Source: Burkholderiaceae bacterium (GTDB taxonomy: Bacteria > Pseudomonadota > Gammaproteobacteria > Burkholderiales > Burkholderiaceae_E). Taken from it: DNA of 53,045 nt. The notes under the pieces were generated by a model. It did no database searches. It was given only the letters and a program-made list of their open reading frames with translations, and was not told where the DNA came from. The translations under genes were made by a program, and so were the position numbers. Below, piece by piece: positions 18,039 through 27,008 of the stretch; within the stretch, counting starts at the first letter, position 1; the number at the start of each line of letters is the position of its first letter. Location: NCBI GenBank assembly GCA_041678445.1, contig JBAYOD010000001.1:1-53045 (forward strand), given 5' to 3'.

Positions 18039-18932
18039 ATGCCAGCGTCCGATTCTTCTCCCTCAGCTTCCCGTTCGTCTTCCCCGTCTTCCCCGGCTTC
18101 GTCTGCCGCCACGCAGACCCGCCACGATCGGCATGGCCAGTACCCGCAGGCGGTCACGGCCGAGGATTTTCGCTGCAATCTGGCGGCGGTGCAGGCGCGC
18201 ATCGACGCGGCCTGTCGCCGCGCCGGCCGCGATCCGGCAGTGGTGCGCCTGCTGCCGGTGAGCAAGACCAAGCCCGAGGCCAGCCTGCGGCTGGCCTATG
18301 CGGCGGGCTGCCGGATGCTGGGCGAGAACAAGGTGCAGGAGGCTTACCGGAAGTGGGAGGCCATGCAGGACCTGGCCGATCTGCGCTGGTCGGTGATTGG
18401 CCATCTGCAGACCAACAAGGCCAGGCTGGTGGCGCGGTTTGCGGCCGAGTTCCAGGCGCTGGACAGCCTGCGTGTGGCCGAGGCGCTGGACCGGCGCCTG
18501 CAGGCCGAGGGCCGTTCGCTGGACGTGTTCGTGCAGGTCAACACGTCCGGCGAGGCCAGCAAGTACGGCCTGACGCCCGAGGATGTACCGGCCTTCATCC
18601 GGGCGCTGCCCGGGTTTTCCGCGCTGCGGGTACGCGGGTTGATGACGCTGGCGCTGTTTTCCAGCGAGGCTGCGCGTGTGCGTCAGTGTTTCGTGCTGTT
18701 GCGCGAATTGCGCGACTGGCTGCGCCAGGACGCGCCCGCCGGGGTCGTGCTCGACGAACTGTCGATGGGCATGTCGGGCGACTTCGAGATCGCCATCGAG
18801 GAAGGGGCGACGGTGGTGCGGGTCGGGCAGGCCATTTTCGGTGCGCGGGCGCTGCCGGACAGCTACTACTGGCCCACGGACGCGGCCGGGGCGCAAAGCC
18901 CGGAGGTGCAGGGAAGCCCGGAGGCGCCGTGA
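18039..18932 (+). CDS. yggS: YggS-family PLP-binding protein
   Basis: LLPVSKTKP, GENKVQE, IGHLQTNK, VQVNTSGEASKYG, LSMGMSGDFEIAIEEGATVVRVG; Ser-rich N-terminus, start uncertain. Confidence 0.92.
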   Translation: MPASDSSPSASRSSSPSSPASSAATQTRHDRHGQYPQAVTAEDFRCNLAAVQARIDAACRRAGRDPAVVRLLPVSKTKPEASLRLAYAAGCRMLGENKVQEAYRKWEAMQDLADLRWSVIGHLQTNKARLVARFAAEFQALDSLRVAEALDRRLQAEGRSLDVFVQVNTSGEASKYGLTPEDVPAFIRALPGFSALRVRGLMTLALFSSEAARVRQCFVLLRELRDWLRQDAPAGVVLDELSMGMSGDFEIAIEEGATVVRVGQAIFGARALPDSYYWPTDAAGAQSPEVQGSPEAP

Positions 18933-19042
18933 AGATCGCAGGCGCAGTAAAGATCGCAGGGGCGCAGGGCAGGCCACACAGACAGGCTTGAGCGATTGCG
19001 CGCGGCCGCGTGCTGCCGGCGGTGGTCAGGCGGCAAGGGTGG

Positions 19043-19681
19043 TCAGGCGGTCAGGACGACTTCGAAGTGTCCGGCGAGCGTGCCGTGCCCGGTGGGTGTC
19101 ACCGGCATCGTTACCCGCTCGCGTGCCACCGCGGACATCCGCCGGTAGAGGAAATCGCCGGCGTTTCCCGGATCGCCGGCGATGAAGATCTGCGTTACCA
19201 GCTGGCGGCGCCCGCCGACGACCACGGCCAGGTGGATGTGCGGGGTCCGACCGGGATAGGGGACCGGGCGGATCGTGTCAAACAGGTAAGCGCCCTGCGC
19301 GTCGGCGAGCGCCCAGCCGTAGCCGGCGAAGCCGGGGTCACGCTCTTCGGGGCGGCTGTCGCGGGAGTGGTGGTAATGCCCGAGCGCGTCGCATTGCCAG
19401 ATCTCGATGCGGGCGCCCGGCACCGTGGGGCCGTCGGTGCGTACGACCCGGCCGCTCAGTTGCAGCCGCTGCACGCCTTGCTGCGGGCCGAGCACCAGCG
19501 ACCGGGTGGGCTGGTCGGCGAAGCGCTCAGGGTAGTACGGGCCTTCGGTGAGGGCTGGCGTGGCCAGCGTGGCAGCCCGCGATCGCAGCGGCAGCAACAG
19601 GGTGCCGAGCGTCGCGAAGGCTGCCAGCGTCCGCCGTCGTGACGGCCAGTACAGCCGCAGAGTCGGTCTATTCCTCATCAC
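19043..19681 (-). CDS. Intradiol ring-cleavage dioxygenase-like protein with Tat-like signal
   Basis: SRRRTLAAF signal; TEGPYY, IEIWQCDALGHY, TIRPVPYPGRTPHIH. Confidence 0.85.
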   Translation of the reverse strand: MMRNRPTLRLYWPSRRRTLAAFATLGTLLLPLRSRAATLATPALTEGPYYPERFADQPTRSLVLGPQQGVQRLQLSGRVVRTDGPTVPGARIEIWQCDALGHYHHSRDSRPEERDPGFAGYGWALADAQGAYLFDTIRPVPYPGRTPHIHLAVVVGGRRQLVTQIFIAGDPGNAGDFLYRRMSAVARERVTMPVTPTGHGTLAGHFEVVLTA

Positions 19682-19697
19682 CGGGCCCGCGACAGGC

Positions 19698-20711
19698 TTA
19701 CTCGAAGGGCCGCGGCGGCGGCGTGTCTTCGGTCGACGGGGGCAGGATCGGCAGCATGAACTGCGGCTGCTGTCCGGTCAGGGTCTTCAGGAAGGCAACG
19801 ATCCGGGCGTTCTCGTCATCGGTGAAGGCTCGACCGAGCTGCAGGCGGCCCATCAGGTCGACCGCAACGGTCAGGGTCGGTGCCGCGCCGTCGTGGAAGT
19901 ACGGGTAGGTGAGCTCGACGTTGCGCAAGGTCGGAACCTTGAAGCTGAGGCGGTCGGCATCGACACCGGTGACTTCGACGCGGCCCTGGGCCGTGTTGGC
20001 GGTCGTGTAGGGTTCGATGAGACCCATCTTCTGGAACGAATTGCCACCCAGGTTCGGGCCATTGTGGCAGGCGATGCAGCCGCTTTCCTTGAACAGCTCA
20101 TAGCCGGCCAGCTCGTCTTGGGTCAGTGCCCGGTCATCGCCGTCCAGCCAGCGGTCGAAGCGCGAGTTCGGTGTGATCAGCGTCTCTTCGAAGGCGGCGA
20201 TCGCGATCGTCACTTCCTCGATCGTCAGCGTGTCGTAGCCGAACACATCCTTGAACTCCTTGACGTAGCCGGGGATGGACCGCAGCGTATCGACGGCGAG
20301 CTCGTGGGTGAAGGCCATTTCGGCGGGGTTGGAGATCGGGCCGCCAGCCTGTTCCTTGAGGTCCTTGGCACGCCCGTCCCAGAACTGGGCGAGGTTCAGG
20401 CTGGAGTTGAGCACGGTGGGCGAGTTGATCGGACCTTCCTGCCAGTTGTGGCCGATCGAGGTCTTCAGGTTGTCCGACCCGCCCATGCTCAGGTTGTGGC
20501 AGGAGTTGCACGAAATGAAGCCCGAGCGCGAGAGGCGGGGGTCGAAGAACAGCTTCTTGCCGAGCTCGACCAGGGCGGGGTCCATGTTGCGCGTGGCCGG
20601 AATGGTCTGGACCGGTTCATCGGTGCGCTTCTGCTGAGCCAGCGCGACGTTCGCCGAGGCGACGCCAGCAGCGGCAAGGACACAGGCGGTCCAGCGAATC
20701 AGGGTTCTCAT
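19698..20711 (-). CDS. ccp: Di-heme cytochrome c peroxidase
   Basis: LGKKLFFDPRLS, CNSCH and CIACH heme motifs, QFWDGRA, FKVPTLRNVELTYPYFHDG; signal peptide. Confidence 0.95.
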   Translation of the reverse strand: MRTLIRWTACVLAAAGVASANVALAQQKRTDEPVQTIPATRNMDPALVELGKKLFFDPRLSRSGFISCNSCHNLSMGGSDNLKTSIGHNWQEGPINSPTVLNSSLNLAQFWDGRAKDLKEQAGGPISNPAEMAFTHELAVDTLRSIPGYVKEFKDVFGYDTLTIEEVTIAIAAFEETLITPNSRFDRWLDGDDRALTQDELAGYELFKESGCIACHNGPNLGGNSFQKMGLIEPYTTANTAQGRVEVTGVDADRLSFKVPTLRNVELTYPYFHDGAAPTLTVAVDLMGRLQLGRAFTDDENARIVAFLKTLTGQQPQFMLPILPPSTEDTPPPRPFE

Positions 20712-20826
20712 GGCGTGTACTCGTGTGGGTCTGTGTTGCCGTTACGGAGGATGCCGCGGTACCCGCGAGCTGCCGGTACGAAGGCCCGTGGCGCGATCGG
20801 TCTATGGGGAATGATGGTGAACGGAT

Positions 20827-20874
20827 CTGATCGCAGTCAATCAATAGAAAGATGATTATAGTTTTCATCTATTG
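20827..20874. promoter_or_regulatory. FNR-like box and adjacent OxyR-like inverted repeat upstream of ccp
   Basis: CTGAT-cgca-GTCAA (8/10 to TTGAT-N4-ATCAA) at 20827-20840; caATAGa...ATAG-N7-CTATtg at 20842-20874. Confidence 0.5.
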
Positions 20875-20981
20875 ACGTCGTATTTTTCCGACATTTCCGC
20901 GGTCCGCTCGCGACACCGATCGGCCTGGCGGGGAGGCAGGATACTGTCGGACTGAAGCCAGTACACGAACGGGGAGGGTTG

Positions 20982-21947
20982 ATGGCTACAAGCGGCGACG
21001 AGGCAGCGCTTTCGCTGTCGGAACTCGGTGAGCGGCTGAAGGGGCGCAGGGTCGGCCTGGCCTTGGGCAGCGGTTCGGCGCGTGGTCTCGCGCACATCGG
21101 CGTGCTGCGGGCGCTGACCGAGGCCGGCGTGCAGGTCGATGTCGTGGCGGGGACCAGCATGGGGGCTTTCGTCGGCGCGATGTTCGCGGCCGGCAAGCTG
21201 GCCGAACTGGAAGCGGAGTTTCGCGACATCGACTGGCAGGGCATCGTCTCGCTGGTCGACCCGGTCTTTCCGCGCTCGGGGCTGATCGACGGTGTGAAGA
21301 TCGGCGAGTTCATCCGCCGCTATGTGGCTCAGTCCGACATCGAAGCCTTGCCGATCCGCTTTCGCGCGATGGCGACCGATCTGACGAGCGGTGAGCAGGT
21401 GGCGCTGGACTCCGGCGACCTGATCGAGGCGGTGCGCGCGAGCATTGCGGTGCCGGGGGTGTTCACGCCGATCCGCTGCAACGGTCGCCTGCTGGTCGAC
21501 GGCGGGCTGGTTGCCCCGGTGCCGGTAGCGTCGGCGCGTTCGATGGGGGCCGATTTCGTCATTGCCGTCGACCTGAATCACGACATCGTCGGCAACCGCC
21601 AGATGCGGGCTGACGAAGCGGCGGCCGGCAAGCCGCTGACCCAGGTCATGACCCGGATGTTCGACAGCCTGCATACCGATCTGCCGATGCTGGTGCAGTT
21701 TCGCGAATGGCTGGCGCGCGAACCCCTGCCCGGCATCATCGATGTGCTGCTGGCCTCGCTTTACATCATGCAGGCGCGGGTCACGCAGGCCACGCTGCGC
21801 GAGGATCCGCCCGAGATCCTGATCCAGCCGCCGCTCGGGGGCGTGCGCTTCCTGGAGTTCGACCAGGCCAGCGGGATCATCGAGATCGGTTATCGAAGCG
21901 CGATCGAGGCGTTCTGCCGGGGCGACCGGGTCGGGACTCAGGCGTGA
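20982..21947 (+). CDS. Patatin-like phospholipase (RssA-like)
   Basis: LALGSGSARGLAHIG, GTSMG, DGG. Confidence 0.92.
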   Translation: MATSGDEAALSLSELGERLKGRRVGLALGSGSARGLAHIGVLRALTEAGVQVDVVAGTSMGAFVGAMFAAGKLAELEAEFRDIDWQGIVSLVDPVFPRSGLIDGVKIGEFIRRYVAQSDIEALPIRFRAMATDLTSGEQVALDSGDLIEAVRASIAVPGVFTPIRCNGRLLVDGGLVAPVPVASARSMGADFVIAVDLNHDIVGNRQMRADEAAAGKPLTQVMTRMFDSLHTDLPMLVQFREWLAREPLPGIIDVLLASLYIMQARVTQATLREDPPEILIQPPLGGVRFLEFDQASGIIEIGYRSAIEAFCRGDRVGTQA

Positions 21948-21954
21948 CGATTCT

Positions 21955-24483
21955 TCAGGCAGCCCGGGGCAAGGGTTCGGCCATCCGCTGTGCGAGATGG
22001 GCGAGGGCGGCTTCGACCTGGTCGATCAGGATCAGGCAGAGGTCGCCGGGCTGCAGCCCGGCCAGCGCACGGTCGATTGCCGCCAGTTCGCCATGGACTT
22101 CATCGATGTCGGTGACCCGGCGCGCCTTGCCGAAGCCGCTGCGCAGCAGCGCGCAGACTTCGCCATCGGCGCGACCGCGCTGGCAGGCGTCCTCGTAGAG
22201 CAGCACGGCATCGAAGGCGTCGCCGAGCAGCTCGGCCTGGCGACGGATGTCCTCGTCGCGGCGGTCGCCGGCGGCGCTGATGACGACGAGCCGGCGCTGG
22301 GCCGGCAGCGCGTCGACGGCGCGCACCAGGGCTGCGATCGCATCCGGATTGTGGCCGTAGTCGGCGATGATGGTTGCACCGCGGTAGTCGAACCGGTTGA
22401 AGCGGCCCGGCGCACTGCCGGGATCGGAGACGAAGCTGCGCAGACCGGCTTCGATGGCCTCCCAGGGCAGTCCGGCGGCCCAGCCGGCCGCCATGGCAGC
22501 CAGGGCGTTCTCCACCTGGAACGGGATCGTGCCACCGCCGGTCAGCGGGATGTCGTCCAGTTCGATGCGGTGTCGGGTCAGCCCGTCGCGGGCCACCAGG
22601 CCGCCGTCCTCGACCTGCACGACGCGACCGCCGCCGGCGCAGTGGGCGGCCAGCACCGGTTGCTGCGGGTCGGTGGCAAAGAAGATCACCGAGGCCGGGC
22701 AGTGCCCGGCCATCGCGGCGACGATCGGGTCGGCCGCATTGAGGACGGCGCTGCCGCTGGCGGCGACATTCTCGACGATCACTCGCTTGACCGCGGCCAG
22801 TTCGTCGACCGTGTGGATGTGGTCGAGGCCGAGGTGGTCGCCGCTGCCGAGGTTGGTGACCACGGCAACCTGGCAGCGGTCGAAGCCCAGGCCTTCGCGC
22901 AGGATGCCGCCGCGCGCGGTTTCGAGCACCGCGAAATCGACATCCGGATGGGCCAGCACCTTGCGCGCGCTGCGTGGGCCGCTGCAGTCGCCGGTGTCGA
23001 TCCGCCGGTCGGCGACATGGACGCCGTCGGAGTTCGTCATGCCGACCTGGTGGCCGGCCAGGCGCGCCATGTGCGCCAGCAGCCTGACCGTGGTCGTCTT
23101 GCCATTGTTGCCGGTGACGGCGATCAGGGGGATGCGGCCGTCGTCACCGGTGTCGAACAGGGTGTCGATGATCGCTTCGCCGACCGGCTGACCGCGGCCG
23201 AACGATGGCGACAGGTGCATGCGCAGTCCGGGCGCGGCGTTCACTTCGACGATGCCGCCGTCCTGGGCTTCGAGCGGCTCGCGCACCGTCGTGCAGACGA
23301 CGTCGACGCCGCAGATGTCGAGGCCGACCGTCTGCGCGGCGACGACGGCGCGGGCAGCCAGCTCCGGGTGGACTTCATCGGTCACGTCGGTCGCGCTGCC
23401 GCCGGTGCTCAGGTTGGCGTTGTTGCGCAGCACGACGCGCTCGCCGCGCTCGGGAACGGTATCAGGGGAGTGACCCTGCGCGGCGAGCCGGGCCAGGGCG
23501 ATCTCGTCGAGCCGGATCCGGGTCAGCGCCGTGGCATGACCATCGCCGCGGCGCGGATCGGTGTTGAGCAGGTCGACGAGCTGGCGCACCGTGCTGGCGC
23601 CGTCACCGATTACCTGCGGGGGGTCGCGACGAGCGGCAGCGACCATCCGGTCGCCGACGACCAGCAGCCGGAAGTCCTGGCCCGGCAGGAGCTTTTCGAC
23701 CAGGACTTCCGAGCCGTGCTCGCTGGCGGCATCGAAGGCGGCGCGGATCTGTTCGCGGCCGCTCACGCCGACCGCCACGCCCTTGCCCTGATTGCCATGG
23801 CGTGGCTTGACCACTACCGGCTCGCCGATCAGCCTGGCCACTTCCCAGGCTGCGTCGGCGCTGTCGACCGAGTGGCCCGGCGGCACCGGAATGCCGGCGG
23901 CGTGCAGCAGAGTCTTGGTCAGTTCCTTGTCCTGGGCGACGGCTTCGGCGACGGCGCTGGTGCGGTCGATCTCGGCCGCCTGGATCCGGCGCTGGCGATG
24001 GCCCCAGCCGAACTGGACCAGGCTGCCTTCGGTCAGGCGGCGAAACGGGATTCCCCGGTTGAGCGCGGCGTCGACGATCGCGCCGGTGCTCGGGCCCAGG
24101 CGCTGCGCTTCGTCGAGTTCGCGCAGCTGTGCCACGGCAGCCGGCAGATCGAACGGCTCAGCCGGATCGGCGAAAGTCTCGGCCGTTCCGGCCTCGCAGC
24201 CTGGGTCGATGGCCTTGCAGGCTCGCGCGGCAAGGGCGACGGCGAGCCGGCCAACGGCCTCCTCGCTGTACTCGACGACGACGCGCCAGACGCCGGCCTC
24301 GCGGGTCGGGGCGGTCAGTGAGAACGAGACCGGGCAGCCAGCCTGTTGCTGCAATCTGAGTGCCTGGGATTCGAGCGCACGGGCGGTGGATTCGTCTTCG
24401 AGGCCTGTCACGATCGTTTCGATGACGGTGCGGCGGCTCCAGAGGTTGGGGCCTCGCAGGGCGCGGATACGAGTCAGCTTCAT
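21955..24483 (-). CDS. cphA: Cyanophycin synthetase (downstream paralog, intact Mur-ligase part)
   Basis: RALRGPNLWS, LGPSTG, ATP-grasp (VVKPRHGNQGKGV, EVNAAPGLRMH), GNNGKTTT, ETARGGILREGLGFD, PGRFN, DYGHN. Confidence 0.93.
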   Translation of the reverse strand: MKLTRIRALRGPNLWSRRTVIETIVTGLEDESTARALESQALRLQQQAGCPVSFSLTAPTREAGVWRVVVEYSEEAVGRLAVALAARACKAIDPGCEAGTAETFADPAEPFDLPAAVAQLRELDEAQRLGPSTGAIVDAALNRGIPFRRLTEGSLVQFGWGHRQRRIQAAEIDRTSAVAEAVAQDKELTKTLLHAAGIPVPPGHSVDSADAAWEVARLIGEPVVVKPRHGNQGKGVAVGVSGREQIRAAFDAASEHGSEVLVEKLLPGQDFRLLVVGDRMVAAARRDPPQVIGDGASTVRQLVDLLNTDPRRGDGHATALTRIRLDEIALARLAAQGHSPDTVPERGERVVLRNNANLSTGGSATDVTDEVHPELAARAVVAAQTVGLDICGVDVVCTTVREPLEAQDGGIVEVNAAPGLRMHLSPSFGRGQPVGEAIIDTLFDTGDDGRIPLIAVTGNNGKTTTVRLLAHMARLAGHQVGMTNSDGVHVADRRIDTGDCSGPRSARKVLAHPDVDFAVLETARGGILREGLGFDRCQVAVVTNLGSGDHLGLDHIHTVDELAAVKRVIVENVAASGSAVLNAADPIVAAMAGHCPASVIFFATDPQQPVLAAHCAGGGRVVQVEDGGLVARDGLTRHRIELDDIPLTGGGTIPFQVENALAAMAAGWAAGLPWEAIEAGLRSFVSDPGSAPGRFNRFDYRGATIIADYGHNPDAIAALVRAVDALPAQRRLVVISAAGDRRDEDIRRQAELLGDAFDAVLLYEDACQRGRADGEVCALLRSGFGKARRVTDIDEVHGELAAIDRALAGLQPGDLCLILIDQVEAALAHLAQRMAEPLPRAA

Positions 24484-24510
24484 CGGGGAGGCGTCCGGAG
24501 GAGGGGCGGT

Positions 24511-26769
24511 TCAGGCGGCGACTCGACGCTCGCGCGCGGACGGCGTCGGTGCATGGCGTGTCGTGGCCGGATCATCGTTCGCGAGCGTGGCTTGCGTCGG
24601 CAGGGCTTCGCCTTCCCATTGGGCCGATTCGATACCAACGCGCAGCAGCTCGAGCGGCAGCCCGAGCGCCCAGCCCGCCGCGGTTGCGGCGAGCACGGCT
24701 TCGAGGGCGAACGGACGGTCGCTGCCATCGAGCATCATCACCGAATCGAGATGCGTGACGATGGTCTCGGTGCCGCCCTGGGCGAGCACGATCAACCCGT
24801 TGCGGGTATGGACCGACCGGCCGCCGCGCGCCCGGTGTCCGTCGATGGCGGGCAGGGCCGGGTCGGCTGCATACAGGATGACCTCGCCGTCGCTGAGCGC
24901 CGCCATGCGCACGGCCAGCGGGTCGGCCGCGTTGAGAATCGAAGCCCCGTCGGCGAGCACCACGTCGACCTGGGTGCGCAGCAGGTCGTAGACCTGCTCG
25001 ATCTCGGTGATGTCGCGCTCGGGCAGGGCATCTTCGCATTCGACGCTGGTCACGATCCCGATCCGGCAACGATCGTAGGCAAGGCCTTCGGTGGCGATCG
25101 TGCGGGCGCCGTTCTCGATGACGGCGGCGTCGAGCAGGCGGTTCAGCAGCAGCCTGTGTCCCGATTCGAAGTCGGTGCAGTCACGTTGTTCGAGGGTGCG
25201 CCCGTCGAGGTACAGGCCGTCGGCGCAGGCCAGGCCGGTGCGCTGACCGGCCAGGCGCATCAGCCGGGCGACCAGGTGGGCGATCGTTGCGCCGCCGCGT
25301 CGTCCGGTGATGCCGACGACGGGGATGCGGCCCGATTCGTCGTCGGGGAACAGATGGTCGACGATGGCCCGGCCCACCGGGCGGGGCTGACCTTCGGCCG
25401 GTTTCAGGTGCATCAGCAGACCCGGCCCGGCGTTGACTTCGACGATCCCGCCGCCTTGCGCTTCGAGGGGCTGACTGATGTCTTCAGCGACCAGGTCGAT
25501 GCCGGCGATGTCCAGGCCGACCGTGCGGGCTGCCAGCGCGGCGGCGGCCGCCACCGACGGATGAACGGCTTCGGTGACGTCGATGGCGACGTTGCCGTTG
25601 CGCTGGATCAGGACCCGGGTGCCGGCCGGCGGCACGCTGTCCGCTTCGAAGCCCTGGTTGGCAAGTTCGATCCGGGCGGCCGAGTCGATGCGCACCGGAT
25701 TGAGCGGTGAATCCTCGCCGCGCCCGCGCCGGGGGTCGGTGTTCAGCTGCAAGGCGATCAGCTTCTCGATGCTCTGCTCGCCATCGCCAGTGACCCAGGC
25801 GGGCTCGCCGCGGGCAGCGGCCACCAACTGGCCGCCGACGATCAGCAGCCGATGCTCGTTGCCGGTGATGAAGCGCTCGACGATGACGCCCGAGCCTTCG
25901 GCTGCCGCGACTTCCCAGGCCGCGGCGACCTGCTCGCGCGTGGTCAGCCGAGTGAAGACACCGCGGCCGTGGTTGCCATCACAGGGCTTGATCACCACCG
26001 GCAGGCCGATCTCCTGCGCAACTTCCCAGGCCTGTCCGGCGTCGTCGACCCGGCGGCCTTCCGGCACGGGCACACCGACCGTTTGCAGCAGCTGGCGAGT
26101 GAGTTCCTTGTCACAGGCGATGCCCTCGGCCAGCGCGCTGGTCAGTTCGGTCTCGGCCGTCCAGATCCGTTTCTGCCGCGAACCGTAGCCGAGCTGCACC
26201 AGGTTGCCGTCGTTGAGCCGGATGGCGGGAATCCTGCGTTCGGTGGCGGCGGCTTCGACGATGCAGGCGGTGCTGGGCCCCAGGCAGACCCGGTCGGCCA
26301 GCTCGCGCAGCGTGGCGACACGCCCTTCGACGTCGAAGGGACGGTCTTCGATCGCAGCCATGATCAGGTCGCGGGCGCAGTACAGGGCCGGTTTGCCCAG
26401 TTCGAATTCCGGGGCGCTGACCACGACCTTGTAGACGCCGCGCTCGGAGGTTTCGCGGGCCTTGCCGAAACCTGCCGGCACGCCGGCCAGACTCTGCAGT
26501 TCGAGGGTGACGTGTTCGAGGATGTGGCCGACCCAGGTGCCTTCCCTGAGGCGGCGCAGAAAGCCGCCCCGCACACCGTAGCTGCAGCGATGCTCGACCA
26601 GGGTGGGCAGCCAGCTCGACAGTCTCTCGTAGAAACCGGGCAGGGTATTGGACGGGTGGTCCTCGAACTCGCCGATGTCGACCAGCGCCTCGATCACAGG
26701 GGGATAAGTCCAGGAACTCGGGCCGCGCAGAGGGGTCAATCGGAGGATGTCGATGAAGCGCTTCTTCAC
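24511..26769 (-). CDS. cphA: Cyanophycin synthetase-like (upstream paralog, degenerate Mur part)
   Basis: LRGPSSW, Cx19HxxEH N-domain motif, ATP-grasp (KPCDGNHGRGV, EVNAGPGLLMH); P-loop replaced by GRRGGAT; C-terminal domain absent. Confidence 0.9.
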   Translation of the reverse strand: MKKRFIDILRLTPLRGPSSWTYPPVIEALVDIGEFEDHPSNTLPGFYERLSSWLPTLVEHRCSYGVRGGFLRRLREGTWVGHILEHVTLELQSLAGVPAGFGKARETSERGVYKVVVSAPEFELGKPALYCARDLIMAAIEDRPFDVEGRVATLRELADRVCLGPSTACIVEAAATERRIPAIRLNDGNLVQLGYGSRQKRIWTAETELTSALAEGIACDKELTRQLLQTVGVPVPEGRRVDDAGQAWEVAQEIGLPVVIKPCDGNHGRGVFTRLTTREQVAAAWEVAAAEGSGVIVERFITGNEHRLLIVGGQLVAAARGEPAWVTGDGEQSIEKLIALQLNTDPRRGRGEDSPLNPVRIDSAARIELANQGFEADSVPPAGTRVLIQRNGNVAIDVTEAVHPSVAAAAALAARTVGLDIAGIDLVAEDISQPLEAQGGGIVEVNAGPGLLMHLKPAEGQPRPVGRAIVDHLFPDDESGRIPVVGITGRRGGATIAHLVARLMRLAGQRTGLACADGLYLDGRTLEQRDCTDFESGHRLLLNRLLDAAVIENGARTIATEGLAYDRCRIGIVTSVECEDALPERDITEIEQVYDLLRTQVDVVLADGASILNAADPLAVRMAALSDGEVILYAADPALPAIDGHRARGGRSVHTRNGLIVLAQGGTETIVTHLDSVMMLDGSDRPFALEAVLAATAAGWALGLPLELLRVGIESAQWEGEALPTQATLANDDPATTRHAPTPSARERRVAA

Positions 26770-27008
26770 TGTGTCTATCCGTTGGAATCTGAATCGTTCT
26801 TCGGGCAGGGCCTTCGTGGGGCCGTGGCGTCTACAACGCAGCGTCTGGTCTGCGGTTTACGTTCTTTCCGGATCGGCGCTGTTGACGGTGTCATTTCCTG
26901 ATCGAGCCTTGCGACGGCCTGCCGCGCGCCTGCGGGTCGTCAGATTCGATCAGATTCGGCACCCCCCGGATGCGTTACGCTGCCGCCCTCACCGCGTGTC
27001 TGCGACGC

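Noticed and set aside
18929-18968. Duplicated aagatcgcagg...cgcag after yggS
   Set aside because: Two short imperfect copies, probably local slippage.
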